Shown one piece after another: positions 28,904-43,229 of a stretch of 64,000 bases of DNA. The notes under the pieces were generated by a model that saw nothing but the letters and a program-made list of their open reading frames with translations, was not told the DNA's origin and did not search any database. Position numbers and translations under genes: made by a program. The first letter of the stretch is position 1; every line of letters begins with the position of its first letter. This DNA comes from Octopus vulgaris (Eukaryota), in NCBI GenBank assembly GCA_951406725.2, contig OX597831.1, positions 44,082,001 to 44,146,000 on the forward strand. The letters run 5' to 3'.

Positions 28904-28942
<39 letters not shown>

Positions 28943-28944
28943 TA

Positions 28945-29022
<78 letters not shown>

Positions 29023-29023
29023 T

Positions 29024-29064
<41 letters not shown>

Positions 29065-29065
29065 T

Positions 29066-29115
<50 letters not shown>

Positions 29116-29270
29116 TATACATATACACATTAGCATTTGCTGGAGTAAATTAAGAATTAAGCCCTCCCTTTTCGGAATCTTTTAATTACGTATGAATATA
29201 AGCGCTGAAGAAGCTATTATACGGATTTAAAAGAAACTATTATTTATGTCACTATTGTCAAAATTATTAC

Positions 29271-29339
<69 letters not shown>

Positions 29340-30543
29340 TACCATTACAATACTAATGAAATGAATGAAGTAGCATCGTAAACAAGGGGGTATTGTAAGA
29401 TAATACAGAGGTGAATTTTTCTGTTCTTTTTGGTTTTTGTTAGGTTTTTTTTCGTTTTTGTTTTTTTTTTCTTTTTGTCATTTTTCTATTATGTAAACGC
29501 GCATAGATAGATACATCACTGAATGTTTCGAGTCTATGCTGGACTGTTTATTATTGTATAGCAGTAGAGTTAAAGGGAACGGAGAGGGATGGCGATGATG
29601 GTGGTAGTGGTGGTAGTGGTGGTAGTGGTGGGTGGGTGGGTGGTTGATGGGAGTGTGGTGGAAAGAAGAAGAAGAAGCAAGGAAGGAAGGAAGGAAGGAA
29701 GGAGGGAGGGTGGGAGGATAGGCGAAGAAAAAGAAAGTAGATTTACCGCCACTAACGATAGCGGTGATGGTGGTGGTGGTGATGGTGGTAGTGGCGGTGA
29801 TGGTGGTAGTGGCGGTGGCGGTGGCATGGTGGTGGTGGTGGTGGTGGTGGTGGTGGTGGTGGCGGTGATGTTGCACACACACAGCTCTCATTAAGATAGA
29901 TGTTTACCAGGCAAAGTTGACATCAACATAATTGAAACAAAAGAAGCAAGCGAGCGAGGTGGAGGGGTGGTGGTGGTGGTGGTGGTATATGTGAAACGGG
30001 GCGATGGGGAAAATAAACGGTGATGGAGCAAGGATGCGGCGGCGGTAGTAGCGGTGGTGGCGGCGGCGGCGGAGGTGGTAACGGTGTTTAACGGTGGTGG
30101 CGGCGGCGGCGGCGCTGGTGCTGGCGCTGGCGCTGGCGCGCTGGTGTTGGCGATAGCGGCGGCGGCGGCTGGGATGGCAGGGGGGGGGGGGGGGCTTTTT
30201 GGTTTTAACTGATTGATGTAGATGAAACAACTACTACCGCTAATTTCTTCATTATATTCCACCACGCTTTTAATTCTCTGCACATCTATCTTATCTGTTT
30301 CTACACATACATACCATTCTAAACCATGCCATACCACCATACCACCATACCTTACCGTACCAACCAACATATTTTTCTCCGTTTCATACAATCTAATATT
30401 GAAACCATGGCAACTAAAATTAGATATTGGCATTTATTGTCAGAAATTGGAAAAGGTAGAGAGAGAGATAGAGAGATAGATAGAGAGAGATAGAGAGAGA
30501 AATAGAGAGGAAAGAAAGAGAGAGAGAGAGAGAGAGGGAGAGA

Positions 30544-30575
<32 letters not shown>

Positions 30576-31558
30576 AGCTTTATATAAAATTCATTGTGAA
30601 CATAATGAAAGAATTAATTGTTTAGAGTTAAATCAATAACAATGAAAGGAAGCGTTACATATACGATTAAAAACTTAGTATTTCTTGCAAATCAGCCATA
30701 ACTGTCGATCTGACAATTGTAGTTTAATGATGTTAGTTGACATGGTTACTGTGTTTTGTCAGGGAAGAGGAGGAAGGTGGAGGAGGAAGGTGGGAGGGAG
30801 AGGTGGCAGGAGGAGGAGGAAGAAGAAGAAGAAGGTGGAGGTAGGAGTGGTGAGGTGAGGTTGCGAAGGAGGTCGGGGTGTGTGTGGGGAAGGACAAGTA
30901 GGGCGGCGGTGATGGTGATGGCGGTGGTGATGGCGGTGATGGTGGTGGTGGCGGTGGTGGTGTTGATGGGTGGGGTGTGGTGGTGGTGGTGGGGGGGATT
31001 ATTTGCCACGAAGGAGAGAGGTTAAAATTACAGATTAACTGTGCGTCGGATTAGCGTTGGACAGGGTTAATGCAACATTAATTTCTGCTCAATTCAGCTA
31101 GTTAAGGTTAAAATGGACTATTAAGCAATATATCTTACGTCCCTCTCTCTCTCTCTTCTTCATCTTCCTCCTCTTCATCCTCTTCATCTTCCTCTTCTGC
31201 CTCCTCCTCCTCTTCTTCTTCTTCTCTTCTTCTCTCACTCTCGCCACCACTTTCGCTCCCGTTTCATTTCTCCATCACTATTTTTCATTACACCCCCCTA
31301 CTCTCCTCACTCACTCACCCCCATTTTCTTTCTCTTTCTCTTTCTCTTTCTCTTTCTCGCTCTCGTTCTCTCGATCTTTATTCTTTCCCCCCTTCTCTCT
31401 TTGACTTTCTCCTTATATATCTAACTACTCTTCTTTCTCACTCCCTCTCCCTCTCTCTGTCTCCCTCCCTCTCTCTCTCTCTCTCATTACATCACTTCTT
31501 TCACGCTGTCAGTGAAGTGTAAGACAAATGACGAAGATAAATTTAATATCTACTTTCG

Positions 31559-31630
<72 letters not shown>

Positions 31631-31639
31631 ATATATGTA

Positions 31640-31678
<39 letters not shown>

Positions 31679-31879
31679 ATATGTACATAAGCATATATAT
31701 GCACACGCCTATATACATATGTATGTATGCATGTATGTAGACATATATATATATATACACACACACTCATAAATACATGTGTGTGTGTGTGGGTATGTAC
31801 ATATATACCTGCATACATGTATATGTATGTATGCATAAATACCGAGGTCGATAGACGGATAGAATGATACACGTACGTA

Positions 31880-32361
<482 letters not shown>

Positions 32362-32530
32362 CTGTCGTTACGTTCCGAGTTCAAATTCCGCCGAGGTCGA
32401 CTTTGCCTTTCATCCTTTCGGGGTCGATAAATTAAGTACCAGTTACGCACTGGGGTCGATGTAATCGGCTTAATCCCTTTGTCTGTCCTTGTTTGTCCCC
32501 TCTGCGTTTAACCCCTTGTGGGTAGTAAAG

Positions 32531-32573
<43 letters not shown>

Positions 32574-32592
32574 GACAGACAGACAGACAGAC

Positions 32593-32693
<101 letters not shown>

Positions 32694-32996
32694 TAAATGT
32701 ATTAACACACACTTGTGTGTGTTACTGAAAGAAGCAGCTGAAAAGTAATATGGATGTGCGAAGTTTATGCCCATTTTTCAAAAAATATTATTAGAAATAT
32801 GCGCAAAGTGGTTAAACTCGAGAATCGAAACCGGGACACGGATAACGCAGTTCGCCAAGAGTTTACATACTTTTGATTGCAAGGCTCTCTGGGACGAGAA
32901 GAATCAGAATTTTCCGACATCAACTTAGGTGTGAAGAAAGTGCGAAAACTAAGATGGTGGGCGATCAGTTAGCGGTTCGATTTTCTATGATAGTTG

Positions 32997-33450
32997 CTTC
33001 TTCTTCTTCTCCTTCTTCTTTTTCTTCTTCTTCTTCTTCTTCTTCTTCTTCTTCTTCTTCTTCTTCTTCTTCTTTTCGTTCTCCTTCTCTTCTTCTTTCC
33101 TACTCTTCTTCTTCTTTTCGTTCTCCTCCTCTTCTTCTTTTCCTCCTCTTCTTCTTTTCCTCCTCTTCTTCTTTCCTCCTCCTTCTTCTTTTCCTCCTCT
33201 TCTTCTTTCCTCCTCCTCCTTCTTCTTCTTCTTCTTCTTCTTCTTCTTCTTCTTTTCTTCTCCTCCTTTTCGTTCTCCTCCTCTTCTTCTTTTCCTCCTC
33301 TTCTTCTCTTCTTCTTTCCTTCTTCTTCTTCTTCTTCTTCTTCTTCTTTCCTCCTTCTTCTTCTTCTTCTTCTTCTTCTTCTTCCCTCCTTCTTTTCCTC
33401 CTCATCTTCTCTTCTTCTTCTTTCCTCCTTTTTCTTCTTTTCCTCATCCC
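32997..33450. repeat. (CTT/CCT)n polypyrimidine tract
   Basis: Directly visible. Confidence 0.95.
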
Positions 33451-33559
33451 TTTCCCCCTCTTCCCCCACTTTCCCCCTCAGGGGTAATAAATAGAGGTTA
33501 TCTCTCTTTTACCCTAAAAGACAATTTTACCATGAAAGTCATTTTTTTTTTATAGACAC

Positions 33560-34218
33560 AAGCGGCGGTAATCTGGCAAAATCCTTATCACACTGGAGAA
33601 AACGTTTAACAGTACTCCTTCTGACTCTTTAAGTTTTGAGTTCAATTCCCTCCAAGGTCAACTCTGTCGTTCATCCATTTGCAGTCGATAAAATAAGTAC
33701 CAGTTGAATACTGGGTTTGACTAACTCCCTCTCCTAAAATTATCGGCTTTGTGTCAAAATTTGTAACCGTTATAAGCACAAGAAGGTGGCGAGCTGCCAG
33801 TATCGTTTACACCTCGGAAAAACATGCTAAACGACAATCCTTCCGGCTCTTTACGCTTTGAGTTCAAATCCTGCCGAGGTTAATTTTGCCCTTTATCCTT
33901 TCGAAGCCGATAAAATAAAGTTCTTGTCAAATACTGGAGTCGAAGTAATTGACTTATTCCAACCCTCAAAATTTCTTATTTCTTTATTGCCCACAAGGGG
34001 CTAAACATAGAGGGGACAAACAAGTCGGACAGACGGATTAAGTCGATTATATCGACCCCAGTGCGTAACTGATATTTAATTTATCAACCCCCGAATGGAT
34101 GAAAGGCAAAGTCGACCTCGGCGGAATTTGAACTCACAACATAACAGCAGACGAAATACGGCTACGCATTTCGCCCGGCGTGCTAACGTTTCTGCCAGCT
34201 CGCCGCCTCAAAATTTCT
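33560..34218. mobile_element. Cluster of SINE family B copies (two old + strand, one young - strand with 13-bp TSD)
   Basis: TSD cctcaaaatttct at 33964-33976 and 34206-34218. Confidence 0.8.
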
Positions 34219-34231
34219 AGTCTTGGAGGAA

Positions 34232-34527
34232 GTTCGTATCCAACTAACGGCTCTACTGAGAAACTGGAATGCGTACTGTTACTTGTATGATTCGGGAGCG
34301 TTAGCTCAGGCTTTTTGGCCATGTAGCTCGATTTTTTCCGAGTTAGACTCTGCTTACCGTGTTCCCTTCGCTGAGGACCCGGCTTGTGTTGGTCAACCAC
34401 ATGTTATACATGGTCACGACAGATGAGAAGGTACCTTGCGGAGATCCGGATTTACTGGGTCTCTGCTAAACTGGTCGCCCGGGAGGATCTGGGAATATAC
34501 CGACATATGGAGAATGCAACAACGCAG
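34232..34527 (+). mobile_element. RTE-clade LINE 3' fragment
   Basis: Homologous to 36135-36440 in reverse orientation; encodes ETGMRTVTCMIRER.LRLFGHVARF. Confidence 0.75.
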
Positions 34528-35327
34528 GAATTTCTTGGCGTCGAAGTATTATAATAAAGCGTCCAGCAAAAATTTAAAAGCCATGATTCTAATTCCGCAG
34601 TGGCCAACATTGCCTTTCATGCATTCTGGATTGATAAAATAAAGTGCCAGTCAAGTTCAAGGGCCGATGCAATCAACTTGCACTTTCTCCTCAGAATTGC
34701 TGGGCCATGAACCCTTCTACGGACTGGTGCTCTGTTCAGGGGTTATGTAGTGATCTCGGTCCCTCCCTTATACACCACGGAAACCAGGTAACCGGCATTT
34801 TGAATCTTAATGTTCGAGGAAAAAATATTGTTAATGATCTTCCTCGGTGGAGATATTTGTATAATCTTGCTACAACCATCTTCCATGTTAAGCTGATGCA
34901 AAAGATGTAAAAAGTCTGAGATAGGTGGGGAGTGAATAACATACATCGATATATGGAATAGAGAGTGAAGGACATATATCGATATATGTCACATAACTGG
35001 AAATGACGAGATAAACAGGAACTCCGTCGGTTAGGACGACGTGCGTTCCGATCGATGAGATCAGCGGAATAACATGCGTGTGAATGCAAAATGCAAGTGG
35101 CTGAGCACTCCACAGACACGCACACTCTTAACGTAGTTCTCAGTGAGATTCAGCATGACACAGAGTGTGACGAGGCTAGCCCTCTGAAATATGTGTACAA
35201 CTCATTTTTGCCAATGAGTGGACTACAATAATGTGAAATAAAGTGTCTTGCTGAAAGACACAACGCGTCGCCGGAAATCGAACTTACGAACCTGCGATCG
35301 TGAACTGAGACACACTTCTTCACAAAT

Positions 35328-35947
35328 AATCCTTTCTACTAAAGGCATGAAATTTTTGGAGAGAGGACCAGTCTATTACATCGACCCCCGTACGCAACTA
35401 GTACTTAATTTATCGACCCCGAAAGGATGAAAGGCGAAGTCGACCAAGGCGGAATTTGAACTCACAACGTAAAGACAGACGAAATACCGCGTAAGCATTT
35501 TGCGCGGCATACTAACGATTCTGCCAGCTCGCCACCTACTTCTTCACAAATAACGTTTCTACTCTAGGCACAAGGCGCGAAATTTTGAGGGAGGGGGCCA
35601 GTCGATTAGATCGACCTCAGTATGCAACTGGTACTTAATTTATCGACCTCAAAAAGATGAAAGGGAAAGTGGACCTCTGCGGGATTTGAATTCAGAACGT
35701 AAAGACAAACAAAATACCTATTTCTTTACTACCCACAAGGGGCTAAACACAGAAGGGACAAACAAGGACAGACAAACGGATTAAGTCGATTATATCGACC
35801 CCAGTGCGTAACTGGTACTTATTAAATCGACCCCGAAAGGATGAAAGGCAAAGTCGACCTCGGCGAAATTTGAACTCAGAACGTAACGGCAGACGAAATA
35901 CCACTAAGCAGTTCGCTCGGCGTGCTAATGTTTCTACTAGCTCGCCA
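35328..35947 (-). mobile_element. Three serially inserted SINE family B copies
   Basis: Target sequence acttcttcacaaataa occurs three times (~35314, 35538, 35947); nested Tx1-tailed copy starts at 35719. Confidence 0.85.
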
Positions 35948-36095
35948 CTTCTTCACAAATAATGAGATAGGTATTATGCAACATCAGTAGACGAGCTTTA
36001 TAAGTAACCACAAGTCGCTTTGTGTTTGTTACTCGTCTTCGATTCCCATCTGAAGCAACTTCACTTCGATTTTGTTAATAATAGTCTTAGCAGAA

Positions 36096-36690
36096 GAGGT
36101 TAGGTCACGTGTTGGGGCATGCGCCGTTGCTGTGCGTTGTTACATTCTCCATTTGTCGGTATATTCCCGGGTCCTCCCGGGCGACCAGTCGAGCAGAGAC
36201 CCAGTCAGTCCGAATCTCCGCGAGGTACCTCCTCATCTGTCGTGACCATGTAACATGTGGTTGACCAACACAGGCCGTCAACCCAGCCGGGTCCTCAGCG
36301 AAGGGAACGCGGTAAGCAGAGTCTAACTCAGATAAAATCGAACAACATGGCCAAACAGCCTGAGCTAACGCTCCCGAATCATACAAGTAACAGTGCGCAT
36401 TCCAGTTTCTGAGTAGAGCCGTTATTTGGATACGAAATCCGACCAATGGTAACCCATTGTCCTTACGAAGCGTCCTGGTACCGAAGGAGTTCAGGTGGCA
36501 CCTAAGGACCCCGGACAGCGTCCCAAGTCTCACAATAAGAGAGCAGGACAGGGAGGACCAAAGATTTATTGTGACATTAGCTGCGAGTCTGAAGTCCGAA
36601 AAAGACTTGAACGAACTGGTGCAATAGTGGACTCATTGGACAATGGGGCTTGGTGCTGCCGATATTTGTGCAGGAAAAGAAAGGTTCGGA
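36096..36690 (-). mobile_element. RTE-clade LINE 3' end with inverted 5' segment
   Basis: Minus 36096-36566: SLVLPVLL..CETW..LNSFGTR.LR.IMGY.W.DFVS...GACPNT* plus tgacctaacct tail. Plus 36567-36690: CESEVRKRLERTGAIVDSLDNGAWCCRYLCRKRKVR. Confidence 0.8.
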
Positions 36691-37209
36691 AATTAGAGAT
36701 AACAGAGAATTCCATATGCCACTTCCTTACAAACGTAAGCTTTACAAGGGAAAAATCATTACTAATCTTCAATAACAGATTCTTCGCATCAAGATTAAGA
36801 CAACAGAACGCATTTCTTAAGAATCTTATGAATTACGTCTTATTAACAACATATGTTTACAAACAAAAAAAAAAAAGAAGAAGAAAGAGGACATTGAAAG
36901 TATAAGAGATGAAATTATAGAAAGAAAAAAGCCTTAACCTTAACTCCACCTAGGAAACAAAAAAAATAAGAAATAAGAAAAAAGGGTGTGGATTAAGCAA
37001 CAGAAGATGGAGGAAAGATTAACGTGTTGTACACGCCAGAACAAATGGCGTGTTTAGCCGCTCCTCGCAGACATGATTGCAAAGGCGTTGCCACAGAGAA
37101 TGGCCAGCGACACTCGCTACAATAGCCACCCCCACCTTGCGGGGTTCTGAACCAAACTTAGAAAGAATAGGATAAATGGTATATGTCTCGATATGCAAGA
37201 ACGCGAGTC

Positions 37210-37320
37210 TCTCTTTTACTCTCTTTTCCTCTATTTTCCTTGTTTCAGTCATTTGACTGTGGTCATGCTGGAGCATCGCCTTTAGTCGAGCAAATTTAGT
37301 CGAGCAACACAGACACACAA

Positions 37321-37382
<62 letters not shown>

Positions 37383-38166
37383 GACAGGCTTCTTTCAGTT
37401 TCCGTCTACCAAATCCACTCACAGAGCATTGGTCGGCCCGAGGCTATATTAGAAGACACTTGCCCAAGGTGCCACGCAGTGGGACTGAACCCGGAACTAT
37501 GTGGTTGGTAAGCAAGCTACTTACCACACAGCCACTCCTGCGCCTATCTGTTTCAATTTCCAGTAGAAACTCATTATACTTTACTTAATACTGGTAATGC
37601 TCTCCAGAAGAAAAAAAAAAAGAAGAACAAAATAGATGTCACAATATGTTATCTTTCTTTTTCAGCTGAATAAAAAAAATTATACTTTGTATTATAAGCA
37701 CAAGGCCTGGAATTTGGGAGAGAGCAATAAGTCGATTGTTTTTCATTTTTTTTTATTCTAGACACAAGGCCCGAAATTTTGGGGGAGGAGGCCAGTCGAT
37801 TAGATCGCAACTGGTACTTATTTTATCGACACTGAAAAGATGAAAGGCAAAGTCGACCTTGGCGGAATTTGAACTCAGAACGTGTAGACAGATGAAATGC
37901 CGCTTAGCATTTCGCCCGGCGCGCTAACGATTCTTATTTCTTTATTGCCCATTGGGGCTAAACATAGAGGGAACAAACAAGGACAGACAAAGGGATTAAG
38001 TCGATTACATCGATCCCAGTGCGTAACTGGTACTTAATTTATCGACCCCGAAAGGATGAAAGGCAAAGTCGACCTCGGCGGAATTTGAACTCAGAACGTA
38101 ACGGCGGACGAAATACGGCTACGCATTTCGCCCGGCGTGCTAACGTTTCTGCCAGCTCGCCGTCTT
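37210..38166 (-). mobile_element. SINE A (37210-37544, internally deleted) and nested SINE B cluster (37690-38166)
   Basis: Family motifs as above; Tx1-tailed B copy joined to another B head at 37933. Confidence 0.8.
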
Positions 38167-40468
38167 AGATGTATATAAAAAAAAAAGGGAAGATAAAAAC
38201 ATCAAAATGTGTGGGGAATATCATGGTTCACATGAAATAAAGGGCTCAAGTAAATGATTTAAATCTGAGGCTGTTTCAAGAGCGTGTATCAGCAAAATGC
38301 AAACCCCAAAATCTAAATACTAAGCCACACCCTTCAATAAAAAAAGGGGATGTGCAACAAATCACGTGATCGTCCAGACTATCGGATATTGTTATACATC
38401 GGTGAGCTTAATGTGCTTTGCATCGTTTTAGCTTCCAAAATGATTCAAGCCCGCTGGCTGGGTGAGCGGGTCTACATTCCCCATTTGATCGGAGAGGTAT
38501 TCTGTTGCAAGGTTACTCATTTCCAGGTGAGCGAAGTGGTGTAATGCGAAATGAAGCGCCTTGCTCAAGAACACGAGTCGCCGGATCCGGGAATCAAATC
38601 CACGATCCGGCTATCGGAATTAAAAACACCCTACCCACTGGGCCACGCACCTATAGCAAATACGTTGTTACTGTTATTGTTGTTTGGATTAAGATCAGCC
38701 TTGATTAAGCAAGCCCATGTTAATCCATGACTATCTTTTTTTTTCATTTTCTCTTTGCATCTAAGACAGGATTACTCAACGTGTCGTTTGTTTAAGCCAT
38801 AAGTTGCTATTTCTAGCAGATCGAGTGATCAAGCAGAGCTTCCCTGGTTGGTTCATGAATGTCTTCATTGTATTGAATGACGTATTTCCATAACATAAGA
38901 CTTTAAGGTTACGTCAGCCCCCAAATACTTTCGGTGAAATGCAATATCTAACGTAAGTCCATCAAGCGAAACTTATCCCTCTCCGAGAGAAAGTGAATTC
39001 ATCTGGAAGTACTCGACCATTGAGAGATAACTTTCTTACTCTCGATACGAACTGTTGACCCCTTCGAATGAGAAGCGTTGTTTTGTTTGTTTTGTTGGGG
39101 GTTTTTGTTGTGTTTTTTTTTGGTGGGGGGTCCTTAACAACTCGGCATTCCGTGACACTCAATTATATAAAATATTCATACCATGAAACGACAGAGAAAC
39201 TTCCCGGCCAACTCCAGTATTTTTTTTTTTTGCTTTTTTTCTTTTCTTTTTTGTTTCTTTTTTGTTTTTTTTTTTGTTTTTCGAATGGTATTGGTAAATA
39301 ATGAAATCTAGATAAATAGAGTCATGTCCACCTGAATCAACAGAAAACAGTTCCCTAATAACTTGATATTTGTTTTTCCTTCAAATTACAAACACAAAGA
39401 TTTTGCTTTTGCTTCGAATTGCAATATGCAATGAAAAATGGATTCACTATATCAACCGATGATAATCTATTCTCTGGTTTCATTTCTCTGAAGAACACGG
39501 AATATGAATCCGTTTTTCAGATCAAAGTAGTTTATTATTAGTGTTTAGTGGTTGGCAGCTGCTGCTATGCAGCAGAACTTCTTGGAACCCAAGCAAACCT
39601 GGTATAAACTACAAAAAGCTGCTAAAAGCACATCAATACTTAGGTAATCGGAAGTAAGCGAAATAACAAAAATTTGCTCTGTTTCCATTCATCTTCTTTC
39701 AATAAAGAGTAACATTCCGGTAATAATTGGAGAAAGATTTCATTTGAGAACTATATTATAATGCTGTATCTATATTGGAGTAAGGCAAAATTTCGTGAGA
39801 ATCTGGAAATAGAGCCAAACGGAAGAACAGGCACAACCCTTCTCAAATTATCAGATATTAACTAAATTCCTAACAAAAACGCTATAAGTCTAGAAGCTAG
39901 ATATAATGTATAGATTCGCTAGGATCTGCAGATTGGTTATTATCTATAGTCTAGTGAGGATTAAAAGGCGACTGAGTGAACAGATACTGATTAAATTATA
40001 TAGCCTGATTATATATCCTAATATCTGGAGACTGATTGTACTCTGCAGACTATAATTGGTTGACAAAGATAGGCTGACTATTTCTTATAGGCTTCTTTAA
40101 ACCAATAACAAGACATATAGACTCATGGATTAATGTGGAACTATAGGTTATAACTTATAGTTCCACTAGAGACTATGACCAAAGACTGACTAAACCCAAT
40201 AGGCTAGGAACTGTCTGTATATTGCCTGGGATCTATAGGTTACCTACACATGTGGATAAACCCAATGGGAGTGATAGACGTACAGGGAACAGCAGATTGA
40301 GCATAATGTGTAGTAATCAACTCGTCTACTGATATCTTTTATTTTATGTAATAATGTTGCATTGGCTGATTACTAAATATCTTTTTTTAGTAATATGGAT
40401 TTCAAATTTTGGCACAAGGTCTGAAAATTCGGGGGCTGGGGTAAGGAGTAAGTTGTTTACACTGAGCA

Positions 40469-40525
<57 letters not shown>

Positions 40526-41333
40526 CATAGGTAATGAGAGAAACATAAGTAGGAATGGCGAATTAAAGGATATTTGGTATCTAGTTCGTCCTTTTACGTT
40601 CAAGCTTTAAATCCCATCAAGGCTGACATTGTCGTTCAGCGTTTTTTCGAGATCGATGAAATAAAGAACCAATCAAATATTAACCCTCACCACCACCACC
40701 ACCACCACCACCACTCAAAACTGCTAGGCTTATGCCTTAATCAGAATCCATTATTATATTGACACTTCGAAGGATCGAAATCAAGTTAAAATTATATAAC
40801 ATTTGAACCATGCAATCGTAACATCAATTCTCGCTCTATGACCGCTGTGTGAAGTACTTCACAGGTCACAGCAGAGTTAATTATTATCAACATATCAACC
40901 AATCAATGATTATTTATTATATGACATAACTGCAATGATATCTAGTGACAGTTGCAATCAGATATAATCAGAAATATCCATTAACGACTGATTAACCGTT
41001 TTGACTTCAGGAGAGTATCTCTCCGAGCTATCTCTGTGGTCAGGTTTGAGCTAGGCACAGCAAGCTAAATGGATCAGGTATAAAAACGTGCTTTGACTCT
41101 AAACAAACACCAAGTTACACATTATTTAATGCCTGATAAGCCAGCCAAGACCAACTCCATGGATGAGTTGTGCCGTGGAAGAACACAGTCAAACAACTGG
41201 AGTCCGAAACAGTACATATAAGATCAGTTGGGTATATCATATTAATGGTTTCTGCTTAGTAGCTAGATCCTATATAGAAATTACTGCTTTCGCGTTACAC
41301 ATCATCATCATCATTATTATTATTATTATTATT

Positions 41334-41782
41334 AAAGGCGATGAGCTGGTAGAATCGTTAGCACGCAAGACGAAATGCTTAGGCAGTATTTCACAAAGAC
41401 GCAACGTTCTGAGTTCAAATTCAGCCGAGGTCGACTTTGCCTTTCATCCTTTCGGAGTCGATAAATCAAGAACCAGTGAAACACGGGCCGATGTAATCAA
41501 CTCATCTCCTCCCCCAAAATGACTGCCCTTGTGGCAAAATTTGAAATTATTATTATTATTATTATTATGTAAGGCGGTGACCTGGCAAAATCGTTAGCAC
41601 GCCGGGCGAAATGCTTAGCGACGTTTCGCCCGTCGCTGCGTTCTGAGTTCAAATTCCGCCGGGATCGACTTTGCCTTTCATCCTTTCGAGGTCGATATAA
41701 GTACCAGTTACGCACTGGGAGTCGATGTAATCGACTATCTCCCTTACCCAACAAATTTTCAAGGCCTTATGCCTAGAGTAGA

Positions 41783-41790
<8 letters not shown>
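41334..41790 (+). mobile_element. Two tandem SINE family B copies in (ATT)n
   Basis: Heads AAGGCG.TGA.CTGG, Meta-like core, tails running into ATT/AAT repeats. Confidence 0.8.
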
Positions 41791-41827
<37 letters not shown>

Positions 41828-42758
41828 TATTATTATTATTATTATTTGCACAATCTAATGACCGAGACGAATAATAGGGAAAAACAAAATACTATACCAA
41901 ACACATACATATAAACCGCCTGGAAACTCGTCGTATGTATATATACATGTGTGTGTGTATAGAAAACAAAGTTATTTTATTCCACGCGGGTAGAAATATA
42001 CGAAAGATAGAAGCTGAAAACGCACTGAGAATAGTTCAAATATTTTTATTAATATATTTAAAGCTTTAACCGGTTTCACAGTTTACACTGATTTTCAAAA
42101 GAATTCAAGTAGAAAGACATGGCTTATGTCGCAGCCGTCTTGCGTCTGACTAGTGTTTGAAGTTTTGCCCTATTTTTATGGGGAGTTCCTGGCTCAAAGT
42201 AGTATATGTTTTGAATAGGATTTGGTTGGTAGAGGATAGTCACATGACTGGTCTTAGAAATTTTTGTAGGTTTCCCGCTACGTTCGTGTGTTATAATCAA
42301 GTGGCAAAGTTCGGCGTCGTAAGTTAAGGCTGACACGGTTGACTGAACAAGTCCAAACAATCAATGCTTTGAATGGTTTCTGTCAAGTGTTTGCACTCCA
42401 AATTTAATCTGTCTGGTGGGAAAGTGGACATGAGTCTTTTGTATGTACTCTTGATTATAACTAAACATGTTTACTCAACCGTGTCGGCCTTCTTTTTAGG
42501 CGCAAAATATACTGTCACGTGACACTAATGCACGGACGTAGGGGGAAATGTACAAGAGGTTACTCTTTTATTCTTTTACTTGTTTATATATATATATACA
42601 TTACAGACAAGACAGTAAATTTCCTACGCAGTATAGCTGTGAAGACAGAAGAGAAAGATTGGGTATTTACCCTCAGAATATGGGGGGGGGGGAGTACCCA
42701 GTTGACGGAGTCGAACCCGTGTTCCTCAGACACTGCTTCAGTGGTCTAATAATGAAGC

Positions 42759-42850
<92 letters not shown>

Positions 42851-43229
42851 GTAGATATATACGACGGACGTCCACACAGTTTCCGTGTACCAAATTGACC
42901 CACAAGACATTGGTCGGCCTTGGCTATGATAAAAGATTCGCCCAAGGCGACGTGCAGTGGGACTGAACCCGAAACAAACGTGATTACAAAGAGAGCTTCA
43001 CAAATACACAGTCATGCCTGCACCTGGAACAGGACATTCTGATACAATGTGATATACTGTTTTAGAGAACAGATTTTAGTTGTTATTTTATCTTTGGAGT
43101 TTAGTTGTTCGAAACCTAATCCAATTTCTCGTGAAAATATTGTTGCAGCAGATACAATCGATTTATCACTAACGTTTGTATGACTATAATTAAACAGGAC
43201 ACGTAACAGGCCTTCTTGTGAGTTGGAAA

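Noticed and set aside
29891-30433. 180-aa Pro/Ala-rich ORF as a transcription-factor exon
   Set aside because: Mostly GGC/GGT repeats; no recognisable domain.
32873-33494. Ser/Leu/Glu/Arg-rich ORFs
   Set aside because: Artefact of the (CTT)n tract.
41010-41043. Possible micro-exon (ttcag|...cag|gtttga); similar case at 47768-47817
   Set aside because: Splice-like signals only, with no homology or frame evidence.
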